Source of the DNA: Podospora anserina
Lineage: Eukaryota
Assembly (NCBI GenBank): GCA_017654855.1
Contig: CM030334.1
Coordinates: forward strand, 3,534,001-3,598,000
Reading direction: 5' to 3'
Length of the DNA: 64,000 bases
Shown here: in pieces, positions 1 to 10,096 of the stretch
Layout: each line of letters opens with the position of its first letter
Position numbering within the stretch: position 1 is the stretch's first letter
Program-made: the position numbers and the translations under genes
Notes under the pieces: generated by a model
What the model saw: the letters and a program-made list of their open reading frames with translations, nothing else
Databases searched by the model: none
What the model was told of the DNA's origin: nothing

Positions 1-594
1 CCAAAATGTCTAACCTTTGCGCGTGCCATTTCCAAGGTCTTCCGCCGGGAGCCGAACAACGCAACCGCCGACACCACCGCCCCAACAGTGGCATGGCTCT
101 TGGCTCACCGAGATGAACGCAAGGGGCAACCAGCACACAGCAAAGGCAAGACCCCTACAGCATCCCTGTACCGCATGTACGAGTATCTGGTCACCGGGTA
201 CATCACCGGCCTGCGATCTGAAATCGAGTACTTCTATAACCAACCATCGTGGGCTGTTTCCAACATTCCGGACCCTATCGACCCAGACCCGGAGCGGTAC
301 GCCATCCTCGCTGTCTTGCCATCATATCTAATAACGGCATTTAACCGTCTGATCGAGCGCGGACTGCTGCGCGGCAGTCCCGCTATTATCACTGGCGCCG
401 CAGCGGAGAATGCGTTGAAAGCCCGGGAGATTGTCCTGGAAACGGAACCGGCCTGGGTGGCAAAGGTGCCGGCGTTGCGGCAGACTTTGATTATACCAGA
501 TAAGTCCGGTAAGCAGCCGGGGGAGGAGAGCAGGAGCAAGCGTTTTTTGGACATGAATATCATTGCGGAGGAGCCTCACGTACTTTTTGTATAA
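1..594 (+). CDS. Conserved-looking fungal hypothetical protein, 5'-truncated by the window edge
   Basis: Frame is open from base 1 (PKCLTFARAISKVF...) to TAA at 592-594. Contains TPTASLYRMYE / EIEYFY / IPDPxDPDPERYAILA, which I recall from uncharacterised ascomycete proteins. Confidence 0.7.
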   Translation, partial: PKCLTFARAISKVFRREPNNATADTTAPTVAWLLAHRDERKGQPAHSKGKTPTASLYRMYEYLVTGYITGLRSEIEYFYNQPSWAVSNIPDPIDPDPERYAILAVLPSYLITAFNRLIERGLLRGSPAIITGAAAENALKAREIVLETEPAWVAKVPALRQTLIIPDKSGKQPGEESRSKRFLDMNIIAEEPHVLFV

Positions 595-653
595 AAGTAG
601 TACATAGATACCCCCCGTGTCGTTTCTTCGCCCGTCTATATGTACATACAATG

Positions 654-1559
654 CTATATCATCACCTTGACCGGTCGCCTTCGCTCGTCATCCCGTAGGC
701 CGCCTACCATGGCTGCATTAACAAGCAGGTGTTTCGCCTCGGCAGCAGTGCCGAAAAGTGTGAGTAAAAACGCCTTCAGCGTCCATAAAAGATTCCAGAA
801 CCCACCGCCGGTAATTACAGTATCTTCATATGCTCTCTGCAACCCATCAAACTGCAGCCACTCCGTACCCGCACCCTCATGAACATGTCCAAACACATGC
901 AGCTTGGGGCGAACTCGCCATAGTTCCCGCAGCAGGTAGTCACAACCTAGTCTTTGCAGATCGAGATGTGCACGCGGAGGCCCATGGGTAATCAGTATAT
1001 CGACACCTTTTGGTGTCGCTCCCGTCCAGACGTCTTTTCTGCGGGGATACTGGAAGGCCCAGTTCCCATGGCGAGGGGAGCGAGGACTGCCGTAAACGCG
1101 TAGTTGGCGACCGTTGGCGCAGGTAACGGTCGTCTCACTGTTCTCGAGATAGATGATATCGCCCCAGTTGATCATCTTGCCAGCCGCCTTTCCTGCATTG
1201 AAGTTATCGCCGCGATCGCCTGTATAGGATTCGTCGAGGAGTAAGTCGTGGTTTCCTGCAACGACGATCTTGACAGGGTGTGACTGGGCGCGCAGCCATG
1301 TAACTGCAGTCTGCAGTTCCTGTAAGGATCCCGACTGCGTAAGGTCGCCGGCGTGGATGAGGATGTCACCGTCCGGCAGCGCGGGTTGGCTGTTGTGGGT
1401 GTCGGAAATACAAACAACTGAGACGGGGTGTATCGGCTGTATGGGAATAATTTGTCTCCACGTGTAGAGCTTGTGCGCGAGGAAAATGCATGGCTGTTGA
1501 ACAAATCGCTGCCAGGCGCTGGGACGTGGCCGGTTGAGCAGCGCATCGAGACCTGACAT
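654..1559 (-). CDS. Calcineurin-like metallophosphoesterase (MPPED1/2-like)
   Basis: Complete metal-binding motif set: ISDTH, HAGDLT, VAGNHD, LITHGPP, VFGHVHEG. Start placed at MSGLDALL (1559); the ORF is open upstream to 1820. Confidence 0.9.
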   Translation of the reverse strand: MSGLDALLNRPRPSAWQRFVQQPCIFLAHKLYTWRQIIPIQPIHPVSVVCISDTHNSQPALPDGDILIHAGDLTQSGSLQELQTAVTWLRAQSHPVKIVVAGNHDLLLDESYTGDRGDNFNAGKAAGKMINWGDIIYLENSETTVTCANGRQLRVYGSPRSPRHGNWAFQYPRRKDVWTGATPKGVDILITHGPPRAHLDLQRLGCDYLLRELWRVRPKLHVFGHVHEGAGTEWLQFDGLQRAYEDTVITGGGFWNLLWTLKAFLLTLFGTAAEAKHLLVNAAMVGGLRDDERRRPVKVMI

Positions 1560-2030
1560 GAGGGAAAGTGGAGACCCGCTCGCTGGGAATTCCGATGTGA
1601 CTTGAGGGAGTCGTCGCGGGAAGACTAAGGTAGAGAAATTCTGAATGTAAACCGAATATTCCCTCGCAAGGCACCAGAAAAATGGGGGAAAATAGCTGGG
1701 ATATACAGCAGACCCAAAGCACTCTGATTGAAACGAACCTGGAATAGCATTTTGGTTTGTTGTGATAGTGGACAGCGCACGGGCCACTACCAACCGCGCC
1801 GTGCCTCCCAGTGATGGCATATGGAGGTGGCTGTGTTATAGGATAGGGCCAACAGCCTGGTTGTATGCTTCGAGGCTGCAGAATACACAGTGCAAAGAGT
1901 TTTCAGGTACTCCGCCTCAATATCAGGGCCACCGATGGGCGATCTGGTCAGCGCGTCCAAAGTCCGCCTGAAGTAATCAGCCCCTTGTGATGACTACCTT
2001 TTGAGACAAGTACTTACCGTTAGAAATAGG

Positions 2031-2150
2031 TAACGTACATGATAAGCGAGTGCACCAGATAAGCGAGTGCACCACTTTTTACCACCCCATCAACACTATC
2101 CTCAATTACAATATATTAATATAAGGAATTAACTATAATTACATCAGAAA
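2031..2150 (+). mobile_element. Terminal inverted repeat relic of a Fot1/pogo-like DNA transposon with RIP-eroded flank
   Basis: TA + ACGT start (2031-2036), then a perfect 17-bp direct repeat GATAAGCGAGTGCACCA x2 (2041-2057, 2058-2074), as in Fot1/Pot/Aft-type TIRs. A very TpA-rich tract follows (2100-2150). No partner TIR was seen. Confidence 0.7.
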
Positions 2151-2349
2151 GAGCTAAATCGGATGCTTCTGCAGCCTCCTGGCAAGTGCGCGCATTATGG
2201 CCCGGCTTACCGCATACACTACAGCACCGAACCTTCGTACGAGCCCCCCCTATATTACTACTATCCGGCTACGTTTTTTGCACTCCCTCCCCATCCACAG
2301 CCTTCTAATCCAGTAAATCCTGTGCCTCTTGTACAGCAAGTGACCCTCT

Positions 2350-2680
2350 AAGACTCACACGTATTTTCTTTTAGCTCTCCGGCATTTCTCATGGCCGTGA
2401 TGAAGGCTCGATCTTTGAACCTGTCAAAACCCTCCAATACCAGCGTAAATCCTCCCATTTGAGCTTCCGAGCGATAAGGTCGTCATTGAGGGCGCGAGAA
2501 ATTCGGTCTTTTTCGGCGGCGGTGAACTCGGTGGGCCTACGCCCTCGACGGCCGGTACGCGGAGTCAACGGCGAATTGCAGGCGAGTTCAACTTACCTAA
2601 GGGACGCGCCAGTAGCCTAGGAAATGGCTTCGTAAGTGAATTTTGCGTCCTGGCGCAGGGTTCGTATTCGAAGCTATAGT
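2350..2680 (-). pseudogene. Degenerate Tc1/mariner-like transposase N-terminal (HTH) fragment
   Basis: Manual translation gives LRIRTLRQDAKFTYEAIS*ATGASLR*VELACNSPLTPRTGRRGRRPTEFT..., then a frameshift near 2440. The TAG/TAA stops fit CAG/CAA C>T RIP mutations. Confidence 0.7.
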
Positions 2681-2777
2681 CGGTCGGTCGGTCAGTCAGT
2701 CAGTTGAGCCGTTGAGGGTTAGGGATAATATATGGCTACCTTTTGGTCACGCGTGAGATCTGGGTGTCTGTATGGCT

Positions 2778-3119
2778 TTAGGTGCCAGTGTGGCCGGTAT
2801 TGCCTTGCCAATTAAAGCCGGTAAAATCGCTCGGCCGAAGGTGAGGTGTAGGTGTTGATGTGTTTAACCGAAAGATGCCCTCCAGTGTCATGTCGTTCTG
2901 CTTGGATACCAATGCAAACCCGAGACGTGTACCATCCATGATGAAGAGGAGACCGAGTTTCTTGGCGTCTAGACAGCAAAAGCTGGCATTGTGATTGTGC
3001 TGGATCGGTTGATCCCTGGTGGTTCGGCATGAGAGAGCGTCGAGAACGTCTGGATGTGCTCCATCGCCGTAGTCGTTGAGGAACGTGCTGCGCTGTTCGT
3101 CTCGCGGGCACCATTTCAT
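2778..3119 (-). CDS. Small hypothetical protein (113 aa), uncertain
   Basis: ATG-initiated ORF in an otherwise gene-free gap, with globular-looking composition but no recognisable motif. Confidence 0.3.
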   Translation of the reverse strand: MKWCPRDEQRSTFLNDYGDGAHPDVLDALSCRTTRDQPIQHNHNASFCCLDAKKLGLLFIMDGTRLGFALVSKQNDMTLEGIFRLNTSTPTPHLRPSDFTGFNWQGNTGHTGT

Positions 3120-3420
3120 AATTGCTGTTGATCGTGGGAATACGCCGGACTCATCACGGAAGGATGAGTTGGTGGAAAGGTAGATGGTTAAAGGGCAGAA
3201 TGGAAGTAGTAGCTAATTAAATAGGTAAGGTAGCTGGATCAAGCTACGTCTGGCAGGTATTTTGATTTGCAGTAGGCCCACAGAACGGGGACCTTGCAAA
3301 ATCTGATAATCTTGATTACTCCTTCCCCTTCCTCTTATCCTAGGTAGGTATATTACAAATCGGCCAGACGCCTGAACGCCAAATTTTGATGCCACGTCAT
3401 GTCGAGCCTGGCTCAACGGT

Positions 3421-5491
3421 TTATTCCGCCCCGACAGCAATGCCCTGGTCAACCTCACCACCCTTGTCCATCGGCGACAGGTTCGCCTTCGCAGGTCCAG
3501 TCACACAGATGCCCTCCTTGGAGAAGCGACTGCCATGCACCGGGCAGTCAAAGCTCTTCTCAGCAGAGTTCCAGCAAACGACGCCCTTGAGATGAGGGCA
3601 GAGAGCACTGTATGTATGCACCTGACCGTTCTCGTCCTTGTAGACAGCCATGGGCTTCTTGGTTTTCTAATGCTCTGTTAGTCACCGGACTCACACGTTA
3701 CAAAGTCTGACTAAACTTACCGGATTCAACACACCGCCGCAGCCAGGCGCGAGATCCTCAATATCGGTGATGTCGCTCTGCAGAAAGCGCTTGTACTGGG
3801 CATTGATCTGCAAGTCGTGCGAGATCAAGCTCGGCAAGCTTTTGAGGATACTCGCGAGCCGGTTCGGCGCATACAGCGTGGCCCAATCGTTGGTCACTGT
3901 GTTGCCCTCGATCTCGTCCGCAATGAGCTTCCCAGCAAGCGTCCCGTGTGTCAGTCCATCGCCAGAGTCTCCCGTCACGATGTAAATCTTATCACAGCCC
4001 TGATTCTTGCCGATGAATCCCAAGAAGTCGACTGGCTCAAAGATCTGCCCGCTCCACTGGTAATCGATCTTGCCAGCCTGAGGAAACCGCTCACGAGTCC
4101 ACTGCTCCAGCTCAGCATACCGCGGTGTTGTCTCCTCCTGGCCAACTTTGTGATCGCAGCCGCCAACAACCAAGTAGTCATCCTTGTCGTCGCAAGCTGT
4201 CAGGCGTACGTACTTGTACTCCTCGGCATTGTCATACAGTAGGCAGTCCTCGATGCTGCCTTTGGGTACGCGGATGGCAATGCAGTAACTCCGGTAGAAC
4301 TCCAACTCGGTAATGACCGACAGCTTCTGCAGCGGCACGCACGTCGCCTCCACGGCATTCTCGGCCTTCACCGTGTGCCCATTCTCCGTCTGAATCTCGA
4401 CCCTCTTGTGGCCGAGGCCAAGAACTTCGACACCCTTTTCCGCGACCGACATGACCCGAGTGCGCGTGTAGCACTGGAAATTGGGCTGCTGCTTCAGCCA
4501 GTTGAGCACACCAACGAGATACTGGGTTGGATGAAAGGTCGCCTGATTGTCAACCACCATACCACCTCGCTGGTCGATGTTGCCACTCCAACCTTTGACC
4601 TTCAGATTGGGCTGTTTTTCGGGCCAGATTGGTTAGCAAATATTCGAATCATGTTTCCACTTGAAGACATTATAATCAACTCACATCAAACCTGGTGTGC
4701 ATGCCGATCTTCTTCTGCATTTCGGTCTCCTGTTTCAGCTCATCGATCTCCTGGTCATGCTTCTCATGCCCAACAGGAAACTGGCTAATGTCGTAAGCAG
4801 GCAAACGACGGTATTCGCACTCAATCCCAAGCTCTTGGGCGATCTGCCCAATCCTGTCCCTCGCCCAGGCATGACTCTCGGCGGCAATCTTGGCACCACC
4901 CTCCCCGTGCTTCTTTGCAATCTCAACGAAACCATCGTCCAAGTCGTTGGTCAGATGGCCGGATGTGCGACCTGTCTCACCAGAAAGCACATCACGTGCC
5001 TCAAGCATGACAACATTCTTGCCGCGGCGGACGAGCTCGTAGGCGGTCGTGATGCCAGAGATGCCGGCACCGATGACGGCTACATCTGTCTCGAGATTGC
5101 GGTCGAGGGTGTGAAACTTGGGGTATTGATCGTAGGGGACCTTGTGGACCCAAACCGAGTCGGCGGCCCCCGAGGTCTGCATCGTGTGCTGAGGGTTTGA
5201 GCTGGCAATAGTGGCCATGGTTGCGGCGAGGGGAAACTTGTTGACTTGAGAGTAGCGAGGGAAGAATTGGAGTCTTGCTGAGGTGTTGCGGGAGGAGGAC
5301 GGGGAGGTATTTGTTCGAGATGAAACAGCTGTGTGCATATAGGCGGTTGCGAAGGGTGCTGCTAATGGTCTGGTGACGTCACCACATACGGGCAATGACA
5401 GGCGCGAAGCTGTTGGTTGTTTGGTTATGAAATTTCTTTGAATGGCCCTAGCCGTCGTTCGGGTGGAAAGAGAAAGGGTTGAGAGTGCCAT
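3421..5491 (-). CDS. FAD-dependent oxidoreductase (DAO family) with C-terminal Rieske [2Fe-2S] domain (YhfW-like), 3 exons
   Basis: VAVIGAGISG Rossmann motif, GETGRTSGHL, GDSGDGLTHG; Rieske ligands CPHLKG and CPVHGSRF. GT-AG introns at about 4685-4611 and 3720-3667. An alternative start lies at 5218 (MATIASS). Confidence 0.9.
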
Positions 5492-6400
5492 ATTTGCCGG
5501 CTGCAATTGGGGTAATGAGCAGACTATAAGTGCGACTTGGAGGACCGGAAAGCATGCTATGGCTGCCTGGGCAAGATGGGAAGATCAGGAAGTTTCCTAC
5601 ACGGCTTGGGAACACAAATTGTCTCATTGGCAGGCATGAGAGAGTTGTTACAGGTTCTCTTAACATTGGTGGTGGTCATGAGGGTTCGATGTGCAAGGTG
5701 TATGACGACACCACTTCTTCGGGGCGGAGGAAATCACCCGGCTGCCGGGACCTGCAGATGCGGATAAAAGTGGGGGCTGCGAGGTTAAGCTTGGCACACC
5801 ACCTCACCATTCTTGACCTTTGGTTGCACCGCCAAGCATCGCCAACCTGGCCGTCGTCGGGATTGATCCTGCCCGGTTCCTGCCGGTTTTTTTGTGGTGT
5901 TTTGGCCCTCCCTCTCGGTGGCCTAATATTTGGCCGTGCCAGCTATGCATCCCTGTCCACACGTTTGCGGTCTCAATATGGGGGTCGCAGATGTTGAATC
6001 CCAGCCCCATAGATCGCCCCTTATTCAGTATCCAAACTGGGTTATAAGTCTCGACATTGCTACCTACAACCTCTACCAACGAGATTGTTGTTAGTGCGGC
6101 CAGGGCTATTTGCACCAAAAGACCCCTGTCACGCTAACAACAATAACCGTGGCAGAGGTGTAGAACCAACAGCCGCCACGGCAAGCGAAACGAGCCAATG
6201 ATACCTTGAACATCACGGCCGCCATCAGCTTGCACCATCTACCAGCATGAAGTGGACTAAGCGGTTACACAGGGGTCGAAGGTCGCATTCTTATCGACTG
6301 CGCCCCTTCGCCTGAGCCTTACAAGGTACGACTCTTTTCCAGTTTTCTTCCTCGGTCCTGTTCTTGTTCAACATCGCACAGCAGAGATCGGCCTGCAAGG

Positions 6401-7393
6401 ATGGCATCCCTCACATTCCTCCTATTCTTCCTCGCGATACTCACAAACCACCGCGTGCTCTCGCAGCAAGCTGTCAGCAAATGCTTCTACCCCAACGGCG
6501 ACGAAGCCCCCGGCGACTTCCCGTGCAACCAAGACGCGAATGGCGCGTCAGTCTGCTGCAATGGCGATAAAGGGTACACATGCATGACAAACAAATACTG
6601 CCGTGGCCCAAGACAGGAACTCGTCAGGGGCTCATGCACCGATTCATCCTTTCCTTTCGCCGACTGCCCGAAACCATGCGGAAACGGAACCCCGGGGGAC
6701 ATCGTCTCATGCTCCAACGTCACCAATACCGACACTGCCTTTTGCTGCCCAGGAGACGCCGGCTGTTGCGACAGTGGGAACGGCCAGTTTGACGTCTTTC
6801 CCTCGCGGCCAAAAGTCTGGGCGGAGTGGTCAAAGTCTTCGAAGAAGTTCGTCGTTTTGGAGGCCCTTGCCACATCAACGACAAGCAGGTCTTCGTCAAG
6901 GCGGGTTTCGACATCGACAACACCAATCGAGACAGTCTCGGACACAAAGACAGACTCTACATCAGACCGGGAAACTGCCTCCCCATCCCCATCTTCAACG
7001 CCCGACTTTCCCGTCCCACCCGAATCCAACACCTCGGCTTCACCAGTCCCGCCAGCATCAGAAGGTCTCACCACCGGCGCCAAAGCCGGTATTGCTGTTG
7101 GAGCTGTGGCCAGTACGATACTGCTCATCGCGGTGGTGTTTATGGCTTACAAGCTCAAAAAGTACAAGCAAGGGCAGGGTGGCAGTTATGAGCATCACAC
7201 ACCGCAGAGCAACTGGAGCACTGCTATCACCGAGGTAAACGGCAACAACGATACCGGCTACGTCTACGGGACTGCGCCAAAGGAGCTGCCTTCTGCGTGG
7301 GAGAGGCCGGTGAATGCGCAGGAGATGGACGACGGTACGAATCAGAGGTACAACAACCGACCGGCGGAGATGGACGGGCAGGGGTATAGGTAA
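6401..7393 (+). CDS. Single-pass membrane protein with Cys-rich ectodomain and Ser/Thr stalk (Mid2/WSC-like sensor architecture)
   Basis: Signal peptide, CFYPNG...CC...C...RGSCTD Cys domain, S/T/P-rich stalk, GLTTGAKAGIAVGAV transmembrane helix followed by KLKKYK, and an acidic tail with ELP/EMD motifs. Confidence 0.85.
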   Translation: MASLTFLLFFLAILTNHRVLSQQAVSKCFYPNGDEAPGDFPCNQDANGASVCCNGDKGYTCMTNKYCRGPRQELVRGSCTDSSFPFADCPKPCGNGTPGDIVSCSNVTNTDTAFCCPGDAGCCDSGNGQFDVFPSRPKVWAEWSKSSKKFVVLEALATSTTSRSSSRRVSTSTTPIETVSDTKTDSTSDRETASPSPSSTPDFPVPPESNTSASPVPPASEGLTTGAKAGIAVGAVASTILLIAVVFMAYKLKKYKQGQGGSYEHHTPQSNWSTAITEVNGNNDTGYVYGTAPKELPSAWERPVNAQEMDDGTNQRYNNRPAEMDGQGYR

Positions 7394-7804
7394 TTTATTC
7401 AGAATTGATACTGTGGGAACGGGTGGGGAGCCTGGTGCTTGCTACATTATGGAGTGTAATCGTGTGCAGAGAGAATTGAGGTAGTAGATAGATTGTCGGT
7501 GTAATGCATCATTGAAGTAGTAGGTAGATTGTAGATGTAATATCTCCTTGATGAATGATAGATGATAAACGCAGAATACCTATGTTATGAAACACCCTCA
7601 GCAAAACGCCCCGAAGCCGGATATCCAAACCAGTCCCATGCATGTGATCCCATCTACGCCCCCCAAAAGAAAACCCAAATATAAAAATCACCTGTCCAGA
7701 TACCCATCAAGATAATCAATGATTTCCAAAATACAAAGCAAAAAAGCCCGCCATATCCGGAACGCAAAGGACCACAACGCTGGCCCTTTGATGAGCCCCG
7801 TAAT

Positions 7805-9394
7805 TCAAGACGGGTACCCCGTCGCGCCCAAAACCTCAACCTTCCTCGCAAACCTAACCTCCACCCGCTCCTTCACCACCTCCAGTCCCAACTTGACCAC
7901 AAGCGTATACCCCCTCTGGATATTAAACGTCGTAAAATCCGGAACCAGATCCCCCTGGTCCCCCCAACTCCATGTCCCGCCTCGATACTGCTCAATTGAA
8001 TACCTCTTCCCGCAAATCTCAAGCCACTTCATACTGAACCTTATCCCCAGCGAAGCGCCCAAATCCATCATTTTCCCACTGTCGGAATACGCCGGTGGCG
8101 GTGCGTCTTCAGTTTGAGGCAGCCGTTGCTCGTACCGGGTCTCTTCGCTGATAAAAGGGATTTCAATCCCTTTTCCATCACCACCCGGCAAGCCCAGAGC
8201 GGGCGTACTAAGTTCAAGTCTGGCAATGTCGGTTTCCTTCGTCATGTCATATTTATCGAGCACGCTCCCCTTCACCGAAACAGACGTGGTGGCCTTGATC
8301 TTGATTTTGAGGCTGACGAGACGGATTTTGATGTCGTTTTCTGAGGCGGCGTGCGGTTGCTCATGGAAAGGCCGTGCTGCTCGGATAGTAGAGCTCTCAC
8401 CTTGCTCATAACCCGGAAGTCTCTCTCCTTCCGCTTCTTCCGTCTTCGTCACCTTCCCCTTGTTTTTCTCCTCGCGGTGTCTCTCATCCTCCTCCTCACT
8501 GTCATCCCCCAGCCCAGCAGTAAGCTCATGCAACTTCCACACCCCGACCCTCAACCCCCCAAGCAGCTCCCCCAACTGTATCCCCGCAGGTAAATCAACC
8601 AAAACCCTGAACCCCAACCTCGGCACTCTCGAACTCCTCACCATCTTGAGCATCTTCTCCTTAACACTCAGCTTATCCCCCTCCCGTCCAGCCAGCAACC
8701 GCTGCGATCGTATCACTTGGTTCGCCGACCAAAACCTGAGCATCTTCACCGTCTGCACACCCGCCAACGGCATCGAATACACCGCCACCGGCAACCTAGA
8801 CTTGGCCACATGCTTAACATTACTATTGTGAAACGGCGCCTTGTCATATAAAAACGCCTCAAGCCAATACTCCACCCACGTCGCCTGCTTGCTCGATCCA
8901 TGCCCTTGGTGCGACATCACCGAGCAGGGCAGGGGAATTTGCGGAGTCTGAAGTGGGACAAACGCCATTTCTGGATCCTGCTTGTTGCGCGCCCACCAGC
9001 CGTCCTCCTTTGTCGCGTTTGCCAACTTCGGGTTGAGGCAATGGGGAGGGATCTGCACCTGAAAATTCCACACTTGCCCTTCAGGGCTGTTTGGGGGAAT
9101 ATGCACCGGGCTTCCGTTGATGCATGTTACTTGCTGGCGAGGGAAGAGGGTGTATTCCGTGTTGTAGTGGTGCGTTGTTTGGCTTTCGCCCGAACCGGTG
9201 GTCTTCTCGATGCGTGCGACGGACCGGCCGTGGAGGAAGAGGATGAGCCATACTTCTGGGCGGACAATGTGCTCTTGTCTTCGGATCTGACCCGTGATTT
9301 TTTCGCCGGGGAAGAAGACAGTTCTGTCCGGGGTGGGCGCATGGAGGTGGATGGAGAGGTCTGGCGAGGATTTTGCTTTGTTTGGACGGATCAT
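7805..9394 (-). CDS. Alpha-arrestin-like protein
   Basis: FFPGEKITGQI, LHGRS, WNFQVQIP, LPCS, VEYWLEA arrestin-N pattern; PDFTTFNIQRGYTL C-terminus; PY motifs LPGY and PPAY. Confidence 0.8.
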   Translation of the reverse strand: MIRPNKAKSSPDLSIHLHAPTPDRTVFFPGEKITGQIRRQEHIVRPEVWLILFLHGRSVARIEKTTGSGESQTTHHYNTEYTLFPRQQVTCINGSPVHIPPNSPEGQVWNFQVQIPPHCLNPKLANATKEDGWWARNKQDPEMAFVPLQTPQIPLPCSVMSHQGHGSSKQATWVEYWLEAFLYDKAPFHNSNVKHVAKSRLPVAVYSMPLAGVQTVKMLRFWSANQVIRSQRLLAGREGDKLSVKEKMLKMVRSSRVPRLGFRVLVDLPAGIQLGELLGGLRVGVWKLHELTAGLGDDSEEEDERHREEKNKGKVTKTEEAEGERLPGYEQGESSTIRAARPFHEQPHAASENDIKIRLVSLKIKIKATTSVSVKGSVLDKYDMTKETDIARLELSTPALGLPGGDGKGIEIPFISEETRYEQRLPQTEDAPPPAYSDSGKMMDLGASLGIRFSMKWLEICGKRYSIEQYRGGTWSWGDQGDLVPDFTTFNIQRGYTLVVKLGLEVVKERVEVRFARKVEVLGATGYPS

Positions 9395-10096
9395 AATAAA
9401 ATGTAACGCTGATGAAGAAAGATGCCGGTGTTAAAATTAATATAGACGGAAAGTAGGCGTGAGGTTGTTATAAAGTTTAGGGCAGTCTCGGCAGTGCTTG
9501 TTTGAGGGTGTCATGTGGGCCGTGGCCATGGTCGGCTTCGCCACGTTCCATTGCACTGTCCGTATTCCTCGCGTTCGGTGAGGCTCACCCGTGTCACCAT
9601 CGGCTTTTTGCACTGCGACGCCGATCCGTCCTCCGTTTGACATCCGGGAATAGTGGGACTTTCCGAGCCGGAGGGCGGCAACAGCCAGACGGACTGAAAA
9701 CTCCGAGCAACAGTGACCTGTTGTCCCAACCACGCGGTTCAATGCAGCCGCCCCCCGGAAATTGTTGTTGTGTGCCCCATCCACTATTGGCAGCAGCCCC
9801 GGTTTTGGTTAGCGTGCACAGCTGTAATGTCCGCTGATGAGCTGAACCCCTGGATGACCCCCTGTCTATTGACTTACAGAGTCCAGACCGCGATAAATGT
9901 TTAGCCAAGCAATCTCTGTATGAGAGACAACAGCAAACCGGTCTGAGGACTATAAACACCATGGCCAGCCCCAATGCAAGCTGCTCTCTTCTCTCTCAGG
10001 CCAGGCAACTGTCATTCATTCTTTGAACCCAGGACACTTTCTGTCCGTTCCACTCTTTCCCAGCCTGCCCCAGTCATTCATTGATACCACTTCACC

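Noticed and set aside
2041-2074. Direct repeat as a CRISPR-like array
   Set aside because: Only two abutting copies with no spacer, in eukaryotic DNA; better explained as TIR-internal repeats.
5530-6120. Several overlapping 70-155 aa ORFs between the oxidoreductase and the sensor gene
   Set aside because: Mostly non-ATG starts, no motifs, and located in a divergent promoter region.
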